Below, one piece after another: positions 16,678 to 26,239 of a stretch of DNA of 36,613 nt. Location: the IMG/VR virus record IMGVR_UViG_3300018080_000359, positions 1 to 36,613 of that record; one strand, given 5' to 3'. This DNA is from a virus. Lineage: Duplodnaviria; Caudoviricetes. A model generated the notes under the pieces. The model was given only the letters and a program-made list of their open reading frames with translations, was not told the origin of the DNA and did no database searches. Position 1 is the stretch's first letter, and each line of letters begins with the position of its first letter. The translations under genes were made by a program, and so were the position numbers.

Positions 16678-18924
16678 ATGGCACGCATACACACAATTAA
16701 TGGCACAACTTTTCTTGAGCAGTCTGTCCGAGACTGGACTGTTAATGGCTTACAGGTGTCTGAGACATCTGTTGCTTCTACCGATAGATATTGGGTGGGT
16801 GCCTCAAATTCGTCTTGGAACAATCCTAATAATTGGTCAACTACTTCTGGTGGGCCTGTTGGGGCGGGTGTACCCACATCTGCCAACGATGTGTATTTTG
16901 ATGGCAGTTATATAACCGCTAATTGTCTGTGTGATGTTGCTATTGATGTGGCTAGCTTAACAGTTGAAGCTACATATGATGGTAAACTTGATTTTGGAGA
17001 TAGTGCTTATTCACATATTGTTGCTGGTGATTTTATAGTTGATGGCACCGATGAAATAGATTGTGGAGATTCAACTATTACCTGTAGTGGTGATTTTGAT
17101 ATTAGTGGTCAAACCACATGGACTTATGCTACATCCACTGTTGTCTTAAATGGCACTAGTAAGACTTTAACTAGTGTTGTTCAGAATGATTTTTATGCGT
17201 TGACTATTGATGGAACGATAAGCACCTCTGGTTATATTGATATGACAGGAGCGGGTGCCTTAACTATCAATGCTGGTAAGCAACTTACCTGTGTTGCTAC
17301 TGTTAGAAACAAGAGTGGTACTACTAGTGTTGCTGGAACAGTTAATATCAGTTCTGGTCAATTATTTGAGGTTGTTGGGTTGGCTGTCCCTACTGGCGGA
17401 CAAATTACTGGAGATGGAACATTATCTGTAAGCAATACTACCATTTCAGATGCTTCTGGCACCATTGACCCAGAATTACTTTATTTCGGTATCAATATAA
17501 CTTTGGCTCCTGGAACCTATGGTTCTGCAACTAGTGTCGTAACATGCACCAATGTTTCTAGTACGCGCACACTAACCTTTGGTGGTTCTGGTGACACATT
17601 TGTGTTTCCTGGCGATGTGGTCTTTGATGTTCTAGCTGCTGATTCATATACTATTGATGCGTACACAAATAATGCTTATATCGAATTTCAAGGAGATGTT
17701 ACACTTAATGAAACATCTGGTACTTTGAATTGGTCTAAGGCAACTTTCGGTGGCAATGTTCAGTTTAATGGTACGACCGTTTATACCGATAATACTGTAG
17801 CCACACAAAATATTGGCGACGTAGAATTAGATGGAACATCACTTACATTGAATTCTGATATGAATTGTGATGTTTTCACTGGTACTAGTGGAGCCTTAGA
17901 TATCAATGGAGCTAATACACTTACAACTACCGGCAACATGGATTGGACCAGTGGCATGACTCTGTCTGACCCATCTGGTGGTACATTTGATATCGGCAAT
18001 GATTTTACAGCAGATGGACAAACTATTAATGCGGCTAGTACATGGTATTTGAATGTTAGTGGTACGAGCGCCGTGGCTAGTGGTACTGGTTACGTTGAAA
18101 ATTCTGACGCTAGTGGTGGCACGCAGATTGATGCATCGGCTGGTCCATGGACCCATGATGGTTCTAATGTCAATTGGAAGTTTTCATCTGGTACTATTGT
18201 GGTGGCAGCAATTACTGAAAGTGTGCAATTTAGCGAAGACGCTGTCAATATTATGACCGGGGTGGTAAGCACGGAAGAGACAGTCTCTCTTGCTGAATCC
18301 GCCGGAAACGTAATGACGACTAGTGTCCAGATTTCAGAAAGCGTAAGTTTGTCTGATACGTCTGTGAACATTGTGTCTATTGTGGCTAGCATCGTAGAAA
18401 GTGTACAGTTATCCGATGTTGGTGACAACATACTTGTTGGAACTGCTGTCGTAGCTGAAAATGTTGTTGTTGATGATAGCCCTGACAACACAGGTATTTT
18501 ACTAGCCTCTGTTTCTGAAAGCGCACAGGCGACAGATACACTAGCTAGTGTAATGACCACACAACAAAGTGTATCAGAAAGTGTAGTGTCGGCAGATAGT
18601 AGCAATAGGACAGCCATTGTTCCAACTGGTGTTTCCGAGAGTGTTGTGGCCATTGACTCCCTTGCTAATATCGCACAAATTATAGCAAGTGTAAGTGAAA
18701 ATTCTGTATTTGCTGATATAAATACTAACACGTTAATTGGTATTGTAAACGTAAGTGAAAGTATGGAATTAACTGATGTAGTTACTTTCCCATCTATTGA
18801 TATTGTTTCTCTATCTAATTCTATATTTACATTACCTAGTCGTGATATTATAGTGTCAGCGATTGTGAGAGAAGACACATTTACATTGCAAAGTAGACCT
18901 ACTATATGGAGATTAATATTATGA
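16678..18924 (+). CDS. Adhesin-like beta-solenoid virion protein with 20-aa repeat stalk
   Basis: RYWVG...WNNPNNWS...VP...DVYFDG head, Gly/Thr/Ser-rich solenoid, C-terminal repeats. Confidence 0.75.
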   Translation: MARIHTINGTTFLEQSVRDWTVNGLQVSETSVASTDRYWVGASNSSWNNPNNWSTTSGGPVGAGVPTSANDVYFDGSYITANCLCDVAIDVASLTVEATYDGKLDFGDSAYSHIVAGDFIVDGTDEIDCGDSTITCSGDFDISGQTTWTYATSTVVLNGTSKTLTSVVQNDFYALTIDGTISTSGYIDMTGAGALTINAGKQLTCVATVRNKSGTTSVAGTVNISSGQLFEVVGLAVPTGGQITGDGTLSVSNTTISDASGTIDPELLYFGINITLAPGTYGSATSVVTCTNVSSTRTLTFGGSGDTFVFPGDVVFDVLAADSYTIDAYTNNAYIEFQGDVTLNETSGTLNWSKATFGGNVQFNGTTVYTDNTVATQNIGDVELDGTSLTLNSDMNCDVFTGTSGALDINGANTLTTTGNMDWTSGMTLSDPSGGTFDIGNDFTADGQTINAASTWYLNVSGTSAVASGTGYVENSDASGGTQIDASAGPWTHDGSNVNWKFSSGTIVVAAITESVQFSEDAVNIMTGVVSTEETVSLAESAGNVMTTSVQISESVSLSDTSVNIVSIVASIVESVQLSDVGDNILVGTAVVAENVVVDDSPDNTGILLASVSESAQATDTLASVMTTQQSVSESVVSADSSNRTAIVPTGVSESVVAIDSLANIAQIIASVSENSVFADINTNTLIGIVNVSESMELTDVVTFPSIDIVSLSNSIFTLPSRDIIVSAIVREDTFTLQSRPTIWRLIL
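18217..18786 (+). repeat. About ten 60-bp (20-aa) degenerate coding repeats
   Basis: E(S/T/N)xxxx(D/E) recurs exactly every 20 residues from 18217 to 18757. Confidence 0.9.
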
Positions 18925-19238
18925 CATGTTCTGTAACTGCACCTGAAATCTTGTGCAAGCAGCCGTCCGAAGACCGTCAATTTACAATGGATTTTTCTAA
19001 TCTATTGAGCGGGACGGAGGTTATCAATACGATTGGTTCTGTGTCACATGAGCTTCGTGGGGGAGGTGCTTCTGACCTTACGGTGTATAATGAAGTAAAG
19101 AATAGTGATTCTACAGCGGTTTTATTTTGGGTGTCTGGCGGTACAAACAATAGTACATACAGAATAGAAATTGTTGTTACTACTAGCGCTGGGCAAACTA
19201 TCGAAGGCGATGGCCTTTTATCAGTAAGGGATGAATAA
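18921..19238 (+). CDS. Small fibre adaptor-like protein
   Basis: KQPSEDRQFTMDF...WVSGG...YRIEIVVTTSAGQTIE; ATGA overlap with the upstream stop gives start 18921. Confidence 0.7.
   Translation: MTCSVTAPEILCKQPSEDRQFTMDFSNLLSGTEVINTIGSVSHELRGGGASDLTVYNEVKNSDSTAVLFWVSGGTNNSTYRIEIVVTTSAGQTIEGDGLLSVRDE
19082..19091 (+). promoter_or_regulatory. GGTGTATAAT motif, intragenic
   Basis: Exact 10-mer about 150 bp upstream of the head-tail adaptor gene. Confidence 0.5.
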
Positions 19239-19240
19239 TT

Positions 19241-19741
19241 ATGTCATGGCAAACTACAATAATTCCAATTGTGCGTGGTCTTATATTCGATATAACACCA
19301 CCATATACATATGGTGATACTAGACTAGAAGAATTAATAGTTGTGTCTGCTGTTTTGGTCACACACGAAGTTGATTTTAGTACAACCTATACTATGGATT
19401 TGAATGCTGTGTCTATTAGCCCAGACCCAAGTAGTGATGATGATTTTGTCGCTTTGGTTGCTCTTAGAACAGCATGTTTGATTGCCCAGGGCGAGTTGAA
19501 GGATGCTGCTAATACAGCTATTAGAGTTAAAGATGGTCCAGCTTCTATTGATAATAGCGGTAAAGCTAAAACTTTGGGAGAGGTAGCGGAAAATGCCTGT
19601 GAAGCTTATGAAAAAGCTAAGCAGAATTTCCAAATTGGCGATGGTTCAGTTGGTCGTGCCATTGTTGGTCCTTACAATACAGGTCGTAGTCCAGGGTATA
19701 CACATCCGTATGGATATTACAACGAGAGGAGATTTAACTAA
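19241..19741 (+). CDS. Probable head-tail adaptor protein
   Basis: 166 aa; VRGLIFD...YTYGDTRL N-terminus and helical body; synteny. Confidence 0.65.
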   Translation: MSWQTTIIPIVRGLIFDITPPYTYGDTRLEELIVVSAVLVTHEVDFSTTYTMDLNAVSISPDPSSDDDFVALVALRTACLIAQGELKDAANTAIRVKDGPASIDNSGKAKTLGEVAENACEAYEKAKQNFQIGDGSVGRAIVGPYNTGRSPGYTHPYGYYNERRFN

Positions 19742-22128
19742 TGGTTTCTGATTATATCGCAAAAGCAATTACTGCGAATGATGTTGACCATGGCGATTCT
19801 GTGTATTTTGACCCAGATAAACAAATTGTTGGCGCTGGTGTTGGTTATACCGGTGAAGTCAAAGAAGGTCTAAATAACAGATTTAACTTCCGTGCTGACA
19901 TTTCATCTGCGTGGTATAACGGCAGCGGTGCTCCTGACCAAAACTTAGGTTATGAGCACGACTATTATTTGGATGACGATACTGGTGTGTATTATCGTAA
20001 AAATCAAGGACAATGGGAAGCCCAGGGTGTTCTTAGTGGTGGAGGTGGCGGTGGGGATGTTGTTGGTCCCGCATCATCTGTGAATAATACTATTGCTCGT
20101 TTTGACGGTACAAGCGGAAATGTTATTGATGATAGTCAAATCACTATTGATGATAATGGTAATGTAGCCAATATTAATACTTTAGTATGTGATGCAATTG
20201 CTTCACCAACACATGCAGAAGGAACGTTGTTTTATGATAATGCCAATAAAACTTTGACATTGTATAATGATAAACCAGACGTTGCTTTGCAAATTGGAAG
20301 GGAAATGTGGTTGCGTGCTTTGAACAATACCGGTTCTACGATTGTTAATGGTACGGTTGTTTATATCAGCGGCGTGTCTGGTAGTGATGCTACTATTGCA
20401 TTAGCGCAACCCGATGAATACGACAAGAGTCGTATTATTGGTGTGACTACTGAGCAAATTAATGATGGACAACTTGGTGAAGTCACTGTGTTTGGTTCTG
20501 TTTCTGATGTAGACACTAGTGGTTTAAGCACTGGTCCAATTTACCTAGATAATGATGGTATACTTACTAGTACTAAACCTAGTGGCTCCGATTTTGTGAT
20601 TTTGGTTGGTACATGTTTATCTGTTAATGAAACTACAGGAAGAATTTTTGTAAATTCATCCATGTCAGAAACTACTGTAGAAGTTACTGATACTAATGGA
20701 TTTCCTAGTCGCACTAATAATACCATGTCATTTGATGACGGTACGAGAACCTTTACTATAACACCAACCGGTACTCATTTTTATTATTATCAAGATGGAC
20801 ATTCTGTTGTAGTAGATAGTGCTGATACTGTAGTAATTGATGATACTGAAGGCTTGCACGTTATTTATTACGATGATGCAGTTGGTACTTTATTGTCAAT
20901 GGCTAATCCAACAGAGAGTCAAGTAGACCAGCTTATTAGACTGAAATGTTTGGTTGCTTATGTTTATTGGAATGCTACTGATAGTAGGTTAGAGGGATAT
21001 TTTGCCGATGAGCGTCATGGAATTAGTATGTCTCCTAACACACATTCATATTTGCATTTTACACGAGGCGCACAGTATTTGAGCGGTTTGTCGGTTGGAG
21101 ACCTTAATGTTGCTGGAGATGGTGATACAAATTCACACGCACAGTTTTCAGTTACAAGTGGATTTATTACAGATGAAGACAACATAACATCTCCACCAAC
21201 AATTACAAGCACTTCTGGTCTGTCAATATATTATTTAGATGGTGCTTCTGGTAATATGCGCAAAACTACTCAATCTGGTTTTGCAGTTCTAACAGACGTA
21301 ACGGCTGGTGTTGGTGTTACTGGACGCCTTGTTTGGAATGAATGGACTGGAGCAACATGGCAGTTGTCTACTGTAACGAATAATGACTTCGTGTTATGTC
21401 ATGTGTTTGCAATTAATGGCATTGAGGGAGAAGACCAAACAATCGCTGTTATTGGACAGGCTGAATACGGCAATGTTGCCGCTGCGCGTGCTGGTGCATC
21501 TACTGAAATTGCCAATATTTTGATTGGATTTCCGTTTGAGGAAGTTGTTCCAATTGCTAGTATTATTTTTCAAACTGGCAATACATATGGTAATGATGTA
21601 CAGGCTCGTGTTCGCCCTGCTGATGATGGTGATTATGTAGATTGGAGAACTACTGAATTAGCACAAGGTGTTACAGCTTCATCACACAGCAATCTTACTG
21701 ACTTAGATAATGATGACCACACACAATATGCTCTTGTTGATGGAACGCGCATACCAGATACTACATATGTTATTCAAACTAGTCCTTCTGAAACAATTCT
21801 CACAGGTAATGGTGTTTTGTATTTTACAGTACCATCTAGTGAAAATGGCCGCGTATTAAAATCAGCCCATGCAGCAGTTGTGGTTGAGTCTAATGTAGAC
21901 CCAATACAGCTACAAATCTATAATATTACACAGACAGTCAATATGCTTAGTACTATTATGGAGATTGATACTGGTGAGTTTTCAACATATACAGCTACTA
22001 CTCCTCCTGTTGTGGACACAGATAATGATGATGTTAGCACTGGAGATAGATTGCGTATTGATATACAAGATGATGGCAATGACGCAGCAGAAGGATTAGA
22101 AATACATTTAGTATTTGGAGATGCGTAA
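19741..22128 (+). CDS. Modular fibre-like virion protein
   Basis: WYNGSGAP...DYYLD, GDVVGPASS...IARFDGTSG, NNTGSTIVNGTVVYISG and HSNLTDLDNDDHTQY modules typical of phage fibres. Confidence 0.75.
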   Translation: MVSDYIAKAITANDVDHGDSVYFDPDKQIVGAGVGYTGEVKEGLNNRFNFRADISSAWYNGSGAPDQNLGYEHDYYLDDDTGVYYRKNQGQWEAQGVLSGGGGGGDVVGPASSVNNTIARFDGTSGNVIDDSQITIDDNGNVANINTLVCDAIASPTHAEGTLFYDNANKTLTLYNDKPDVALQIGREMWLRALNNTGSTIVNGTVVYISGVSGSDATIALAQPDEYDKSRIIGVTTEQINDGQLGEVTVFGSVSDVDTSGLSTGPIYLDNDGILTSTKPSGSDFVILVGTCLSVNETTGRIFVNSSMSETTVEVTDTNGFPSRTNNTMSFDDGTRTFTITPTGTHFYYYQDGHSVVVDSADTVVIDDTEGLHVIYYDDAVGTLLSMANPTESQVDQLIRLKCLVAYVYWNATDSRLEGYFADERHGISMSPNTHSYLHFTRGAQYLSGLSVGDLNVAGDGDTNSHAQFSVTSGFITDEDNITSPPTITSTSGLSIYYLDGASGNMRKTTQSGFAVLTDVTAGVGVTGRLVWNEWTGATWQLSTVTNNDFVLCHVFAINGIEGEDQTIAVIGQAEYGNVAAARAGASTEIANILIGFPFEEVVPIASIIFQTGNTYGNDVQARVRPADDGDYVDWRTTELAQGVTASSHSNLTDLDNDDHTQYALVDGTRIPDTTYVIQTSPSETILTGNGVLYFTVPSSENGRVLKSAHAAVVVESNVDPIQLQIYNITQTVNMLSTIMEIDTGEFSTYTATTPPVVDTDNDDVSTGDRLRIDIQDDGNDAAEGLEIHLVFGDA

Positions 22129-22157
22129 TATTTTAACTTAATAAATTGGAGATAAAC

Positions 22158-22346
22158 ATGGCTGATTTAGCACAAAAAGCTATAAGCGCTAATACACAAA
22201 AAGAAGGTACTAGAATTGCTGATGTAAATAAGCAAGGAGATATGCAGACATTAGGTGGAGAGGTAATTCCAGACGATGGAGGTTTGGAGGTTGCTAACAC
22301 CAAATGGGGCAATCGTTCTATGGGCAATGATGGCCTAATAACTTAA
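22158..22346 (+). CDS. Small hypothetical protein (62 aa, MADLAQ...)
   Basis: GGAGAT RBS before ATG 22158; N-terminus resembles that of 19741..22128. Confidence 0.75.
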   Translation: MADLAQKAISANTQKEGTRIADVNKQGDMQTLGGEVIPDDGGLEVANTKWGNRSMGNDGLIT

Positions 22347-22355
22347 AGGTGAAAC

Positions 22356-22895
22356 ATGGCAGATAGACTTCCAACCTTGGGAAATTTTGATATTCCGTCA
22401 GAAATTTTTGACTTACACGAGTGGGTCGCAGATGAATTTATTGATGGAGAACTAGGGTCAGACTGTACTCTTATCTTTCCACCTAAACGGGAAGAGTGCG
22501 ATAATTGTCTATTTGATACGCATACTAATCGCTCGTCTCACATATATAAGACTGGCGGCCCCATTCCCTTTGCTAATTATGGTACGTGTCCTCGCTGTCA
22601 AGGTAATGGCTATTTAGAATTGCCATCCGAAGATAGTATTAGGTTGCGCGTATACTGGGAGCCAAGTAGCTGGAGAGACATTGGTATCAAAGTGGCCGAC
22701 CCAGAGCACGCATGTGTCGTTATTGGCTATATGGTAGACCTACCAAAGTTTGAAAGGGCCAACACTATCCTGCTTAATGATAACGTAAAGGGCATACGAA
22801 ATTATGAAGTAGCTCGTGATGGAGAAGCCTATCCATGGGGTTTTAGACGTAATAGATATTTTCATCAGGTTGTAAGGAGAACTAGCGGTGGCTAA
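22356..22895 (+). CDS. Probable head-closure protein with Cys4 insert
   Basis: CDNC...CPRCQGNG; beta-rich C-terminal part; neck synteny. Confidence 0.6.
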   Translation: MADRLPTLGNFDIPSEIFDLHEWVADEFIDGELGSDCTLIFPPKREECDNCLFDTHTNRSSHIYKTGGPIPFANYGTCPRCQGNGYLELPSEDSIRLRVYWEPSSWRDIGIKVADPEHACVVIGYMVDLPKFERANTILLNDNVKGIRNYEVARDGEAYPWGFRRNRYFHQVVRRTSGG

Positions 22896-23586
22896 ACGCG
22901 GTAAACTATCTGTGCAAATACCGATGAGCCTATCACTTGTAACAACAACTGCTAGTTTTAAGAAGCGTATCTTGAAGGCTATGCAAAAAGAGATTACCAA
23001 AAAGCTTAGCAGTAAAGCGTTTCAAGATGATTTGCGTCGTGATACAAAAAGGATTCTTAGAGAATCTCTTATGAGACAGCCTGAATACTTAGACATGGTT
23101 GCTCATGATGGTAAATTACGTAGAGAGCTTGGTGTTGTTGATAGTACATCTGCGATGGATAGTCTTGTGAGAGACTGGGTAAATAGTACTCATGTTAAAA
23201 TTGCCAATCCAAGAATTGTTGGTTCTATGCTGGTTGGGTCTCTGGTGACCATACGAGCTATTCAAGCAGATTATGAGGATGTTATAAATCGAGCATATGC
23301 TAGTTATATAACAGAAGATGGTGATACAATACCTTGGCTGGAATGGTTGTTAAAAAAAGGACAGAGTGTTCTTGTTACAAACTATGTTGTATTTAGACCA
23401 AATCGTCACACTAGTGCGTCTCGTACTGCAACCAATACAATTATGAAGAAAACGGCTGGTGGTGCGTGGGGTGTTCCAGAAGAATATTCTGGTACTCTAG
23501 AAAATAACTTTGCTACTCGTGCTGTTATGGATGCCGTGAAGCCAATTGAAGACTTAATCATTAGACAGACGCGCAGGAGACTATAA
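22888..23586 (+). CDS. Probable neck/tail-completion protein
   Basis: Basic 232-aa ORF with GTG start and IPWLEWLL motif; synteny only. Confidence 0.55.
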   Translation: MAKRGKLSVQIPMSLSLVTTTASFKKRILKAMQKEITKKLSSKAFQDDLRRDTKRILRESLMRQPEYLDMVAHDGKLRRELGVVDSTSAMDSLVRDWVNSTHVKIANPRIVGSMLVGSLVTIRAIQADYEDVINRAYASYITEDGDTIPWLEWLLKKGQSVLVTNYVVFRPNRHTSASRTATNTIMKKTAGGAWGVPEEYSGTLENNFATRAVMDAVKPIEDLIIRQTRRRL

Positions 23587-24566
23587 TGGCGTTGCAAGAC
23601 TATGAAAAATTTGATGGCGTCACTGACTGGCGCAAGGATGGCTTTAATGAGAATCTCCAGTATGGTGTAACTGCTTGGAGTAAGTGGTCTATGTTGAATA
23701 TTGGAGGTTTTGAGAATGTATTGAAATCTCAAGCGAGCGGTTTGTATGGTGGTCATCCAGCTATTTTGAGATTAGCAGATGACCCTAGGTATACAAGCGG
23801 ACAGGTGTGGGAAGGTATTAGGTCAGACTGGGTGTGGGAAACCGGTATTAGTTATGGTGTACAACCACAGTTTTGTAGCGGCGTCTATGTTGATGATTCA
23901 TTTAAGACCACCGCAACTGAGGTTGGTGCATACGCACACCATATTGACTTTCCTCGTGGACGCGTTGTGTTTGATACGCCCATTTCGACAACTGCCGATG
24001 TTCGTGCCGACTATTCATTTCGTATTCCCACTATAGGCAATGCTAAAGAGCCGTGGTTCCAAGAATTGTTGTATGGGTCACTTAAAGTACATAGGTCAGA
24101 TTTTCCATCTACCAGTGGTTCCCACAGTCAATTACCGGAATCTCGTCGCTCAATGCCAACTGTTGGTGTAGAACTTTCTAATCGTATTAGATATGTGCCA
24201 TATCAGTTGGGTGGCGGTCAAGCGCTATTGCAAGATATATTGCTATATGTGCTTGCTGAAAATAAAGAAGAACGTGATAAACTATTAGATATTTTTGCCA
24301 ATCAAAACAATAAAGTAATATGGTTACCAGATAGAGGTTTGATGAAAGCCAATACTCAGTTTCCTGTAGATATAGATGTACAAGGAAGACCAGTTACTAA
24401 CCCAATGCAATATCCAGATATCATTGCCCCAACTGGAAATGGTGGTTTTAGAAATGGTAATATTATGTTTCATAATACTCAAAGCGAGATAATGCAAACC
24501 ACTAATGATTGGTTATATCGTGGTGTAGTAAGATTTACTTGCGAGGCAATATTCGAGAACATATAG
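23586..24566 (+). CDS. Probable tail terminator/neck protein
   Basis: 326 aa directly before the major tail gene; QDILLYVLAENKEERDKLLDIF pattern. Confidence 0.55.
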   Translation: MALQDYEKFDGVTDWRKDGFNENLQYGVTAWSKWSMLNIGGFENVLKSQASGLYGGHPAILRLADDPRYTSGQVWEGIRSDWVWETGISYGVQPQFCSGVYVDDSFKTTATEVGAYAHHIDFPRGRVVFDTPISTTADVRADYSFRIPTIGNAKEPWFQELLYGSLKVHRSDFPSTSGSHSQLPESRRSMPTVGVELSNRIRYVPYQLGGGQALLQDILLYVLAENKEERDKLLDIFANQNNKVIWLPDRGLMKANTQFPVDIDVQGRPVTNPMQYPDIIAPTGNGGFRNGNIMFHNTQSEIMQTTNDWLYRGVVRFTCEAIFENI

Positions 24567-24580
24567 AGTTCGTCTTACTA

Positions 24581-24591
24581 TGGTGTATAAT
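24581..24591 (+). promoter_or_regulatory. Putative late promoter TGGTGTATAAT
   Basis: Intergenic, 46 bp upstream of the major tail gene. Confidence 0.75.
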
Positions 24592-24637
24592 ATTGTGGCT
24601 TGGTCCTCAAAGCTAATAACAATCAGGAGAACAAACT

Positions 24638-25786
24638 GTGGCAAATAAAAGAATTTTCTACGCTGTGCAGCGTGCTGGTATTGCACCGGTGACAGGTGGT
24701 GCTTGGTCTGTTGCGACCATCCGTGGCCTACAAACACTTGGTGTAACGACAACTTTTAACCTTGAGCAAGTATTTGAAATTGGTCAGCTTGCTATCTATG
24801 AAAACATTGAAGGTATTCCAGATATTGAAGTCCAAACCGAAAAGGTAATGGATGGATATGCTCCAGTGTATCTAATGGCAACCCAAGGAGATTCGGCCGG
24901 TAATGCAACCGCAGCTTCAACTCTAGTGGGTCGTGCTATGGGTCAATGTAATATGGCTGTTGCTATTTATCCAGAAACACAGGGCGCCGCAAGCGGCACT
25001 CCACTTACAGAAGTACAAATGAGCGGTCTCTACGTGTCTTCTGTTGGTTATGCAGTTAGTGTTGACGGTAATGCAACCGAAACTTGCACGCTAGTTGGTA
25101 ACAACAAAGTGTGGGTCATTGGTGGTGATACTGGTAACTTTAATGGTTATGACCTTGGTGGAACTACGTGGCTTGATAATCCATGGAGTCCTGCGGCTAT
25201 TGCTGCTGGTAGTGGTGCTCCAAAATCTATTACTGGTTCTGGTGGTGTTAACAGACGAGAAGATGTCATCTTTGGTAGTGGTGCAACCGTTTCCCTATTA
25301 CCAAAGAATATTCCTGGTGTTACAACTGCTGCATCTAACTCTGGTATTAACGTTCTTGGTTCTGATGGTTATGGTGTCCATGTTCAATCTTGGAATATTA
25401 ATGTTGACTTTGGTCGTGAAGAACTATTTGAACTTGGTCGTAAGGGTACATACTACAGATATGTGAATTTCCCAGTTGAAGTAACAAATGAATTTACAGT
25501 CATCAGTACATCTGGTGACCTGATTTCTGCGGCAGAAGAAGGTATTTATAGCCAAGGTAACCCAGGTAGTTGTGGCGACTTGTACAACCTGACTGACCAA
25601 CCATGTAAGCTTGTTTTGTGTGAAGGTCTACAGGTTGACTGTGGTTTGCTTAACAAGCTATCTAGTGTTGGTGTTAGTGGTGGTGACGCTGGTGGTGGTA
25701 ACATGGAGGTTACGTATAGTTATAGTAACTTCAATGATTTTGATGTAAAACATCCATCAGACCCAGTTGTTGCTTTGCAACCATAA
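24638..25786 (+). CDS. Major tail (tube) protein
   Basis: AGGAGAA RBS with GTG start; FNLEQVFEIGQLAIYE and GREELFELGRKGTY internal similarity; own promoter motif and downstream hairpin. Confidence 0.8.
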   Translation: MANKRIFYAVQRAGIAPVTGGAWSVATIRGLQTLGVTTTFNLEQVFEIGQLAIYENIEGIPDIEVQTEKVMDGYAPVYLMATQGDSAGNATAASTLVGRAMGQCNMAVAIYPETQGAASGTPLTEVQMSGLYVSSVGYAVSVDGNATETCTLVGNNKVWVIGGDTGNFNGYDLGGTTWLDNPWSPAAIAAGSGAPKSITGSGGVNRREDVIFGSGATVSLLPKNIPGVTTAASNSGINVLGSDGYGVHVQSWNINVDFGREELFELGRKGTYYRYVNFPVEVTNEFTVISTSGDLISAAEEGIYSQGNPGSCGDLYNLTDQPCKLVLCEGLQVDCGLLNKLSSVGVSGGDAGGGNMEVTYSYSNFNDFDVKHPSDPVVALQP

Positions 25787-25818
25787 GATAAATTGAATTT
25801 TTAATTGACGGACGAGAT

Positions 25819-25853
25819 AGTTCGCGGGTAGAATATATAGCTACCCGCGAACT
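25819..25853 (+). terminator. Perfect 13-bp hairpin after the major tail gene
   Basis: AGTTCGCGGGTAG-aatatatag-CTACCCGCGAACT; only a weak T tail follows. Confidence 0.6.
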
Positions 25854-25885
25854 TATTCTCATAGGATTTTATAAGGAGACAAAAC

Positions 25886-26239
25886 ATGAATAATGGACTA
25901 CGTCCATCTATGGACCAAGTACAACAAGCTATACAAGAGGCTGCCGCGCAGCAGCCCACTTCTATTCCCATTCAAGCTGTCGATGCCGACCAACTTCCCC
26001 GTGAAAAGGGTTGGAGCTATGACGAGATTGCTCGTATAGTTGGCAGCTTGTATCTTGACTCCCATCACCGTCTTTCTTTGGCGGAAGAACAGTTTGCTGC
26101 TGTCTCTGATGAATACCAACGTAAAGTGCTCCAGACCGAGGCCGCATTACAGGCTAAGCAAGAAGAGGTTGACCGCCTAATGAAAGAGATTGGTCAATTA
26201 AAGCGTGAGTTGGAGAAACCCAATGGAACACAAGCTTAA
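25886..26239 (+). CDS. Hypothetical coiled-coil protein
   Basis: AAGGAG RBS; C-terminal heptads. Confidence 0.8.
   Translation: MNNGLRPSMDQVQQAIQEAAAQQPTSIPIQAVDADQLPREKGWSYDEIARIVGSLYLDSHHRLSLAEEQFAAVSDEYQRKVLQTEAALQAKQEEVDRLMKEIGQLKRELEKPNGTQA

Noticed and set aside
18090-18980. 296-aa minus-strand ORF
   Set aside because: Antisense shadow of the 20-aa repeat region
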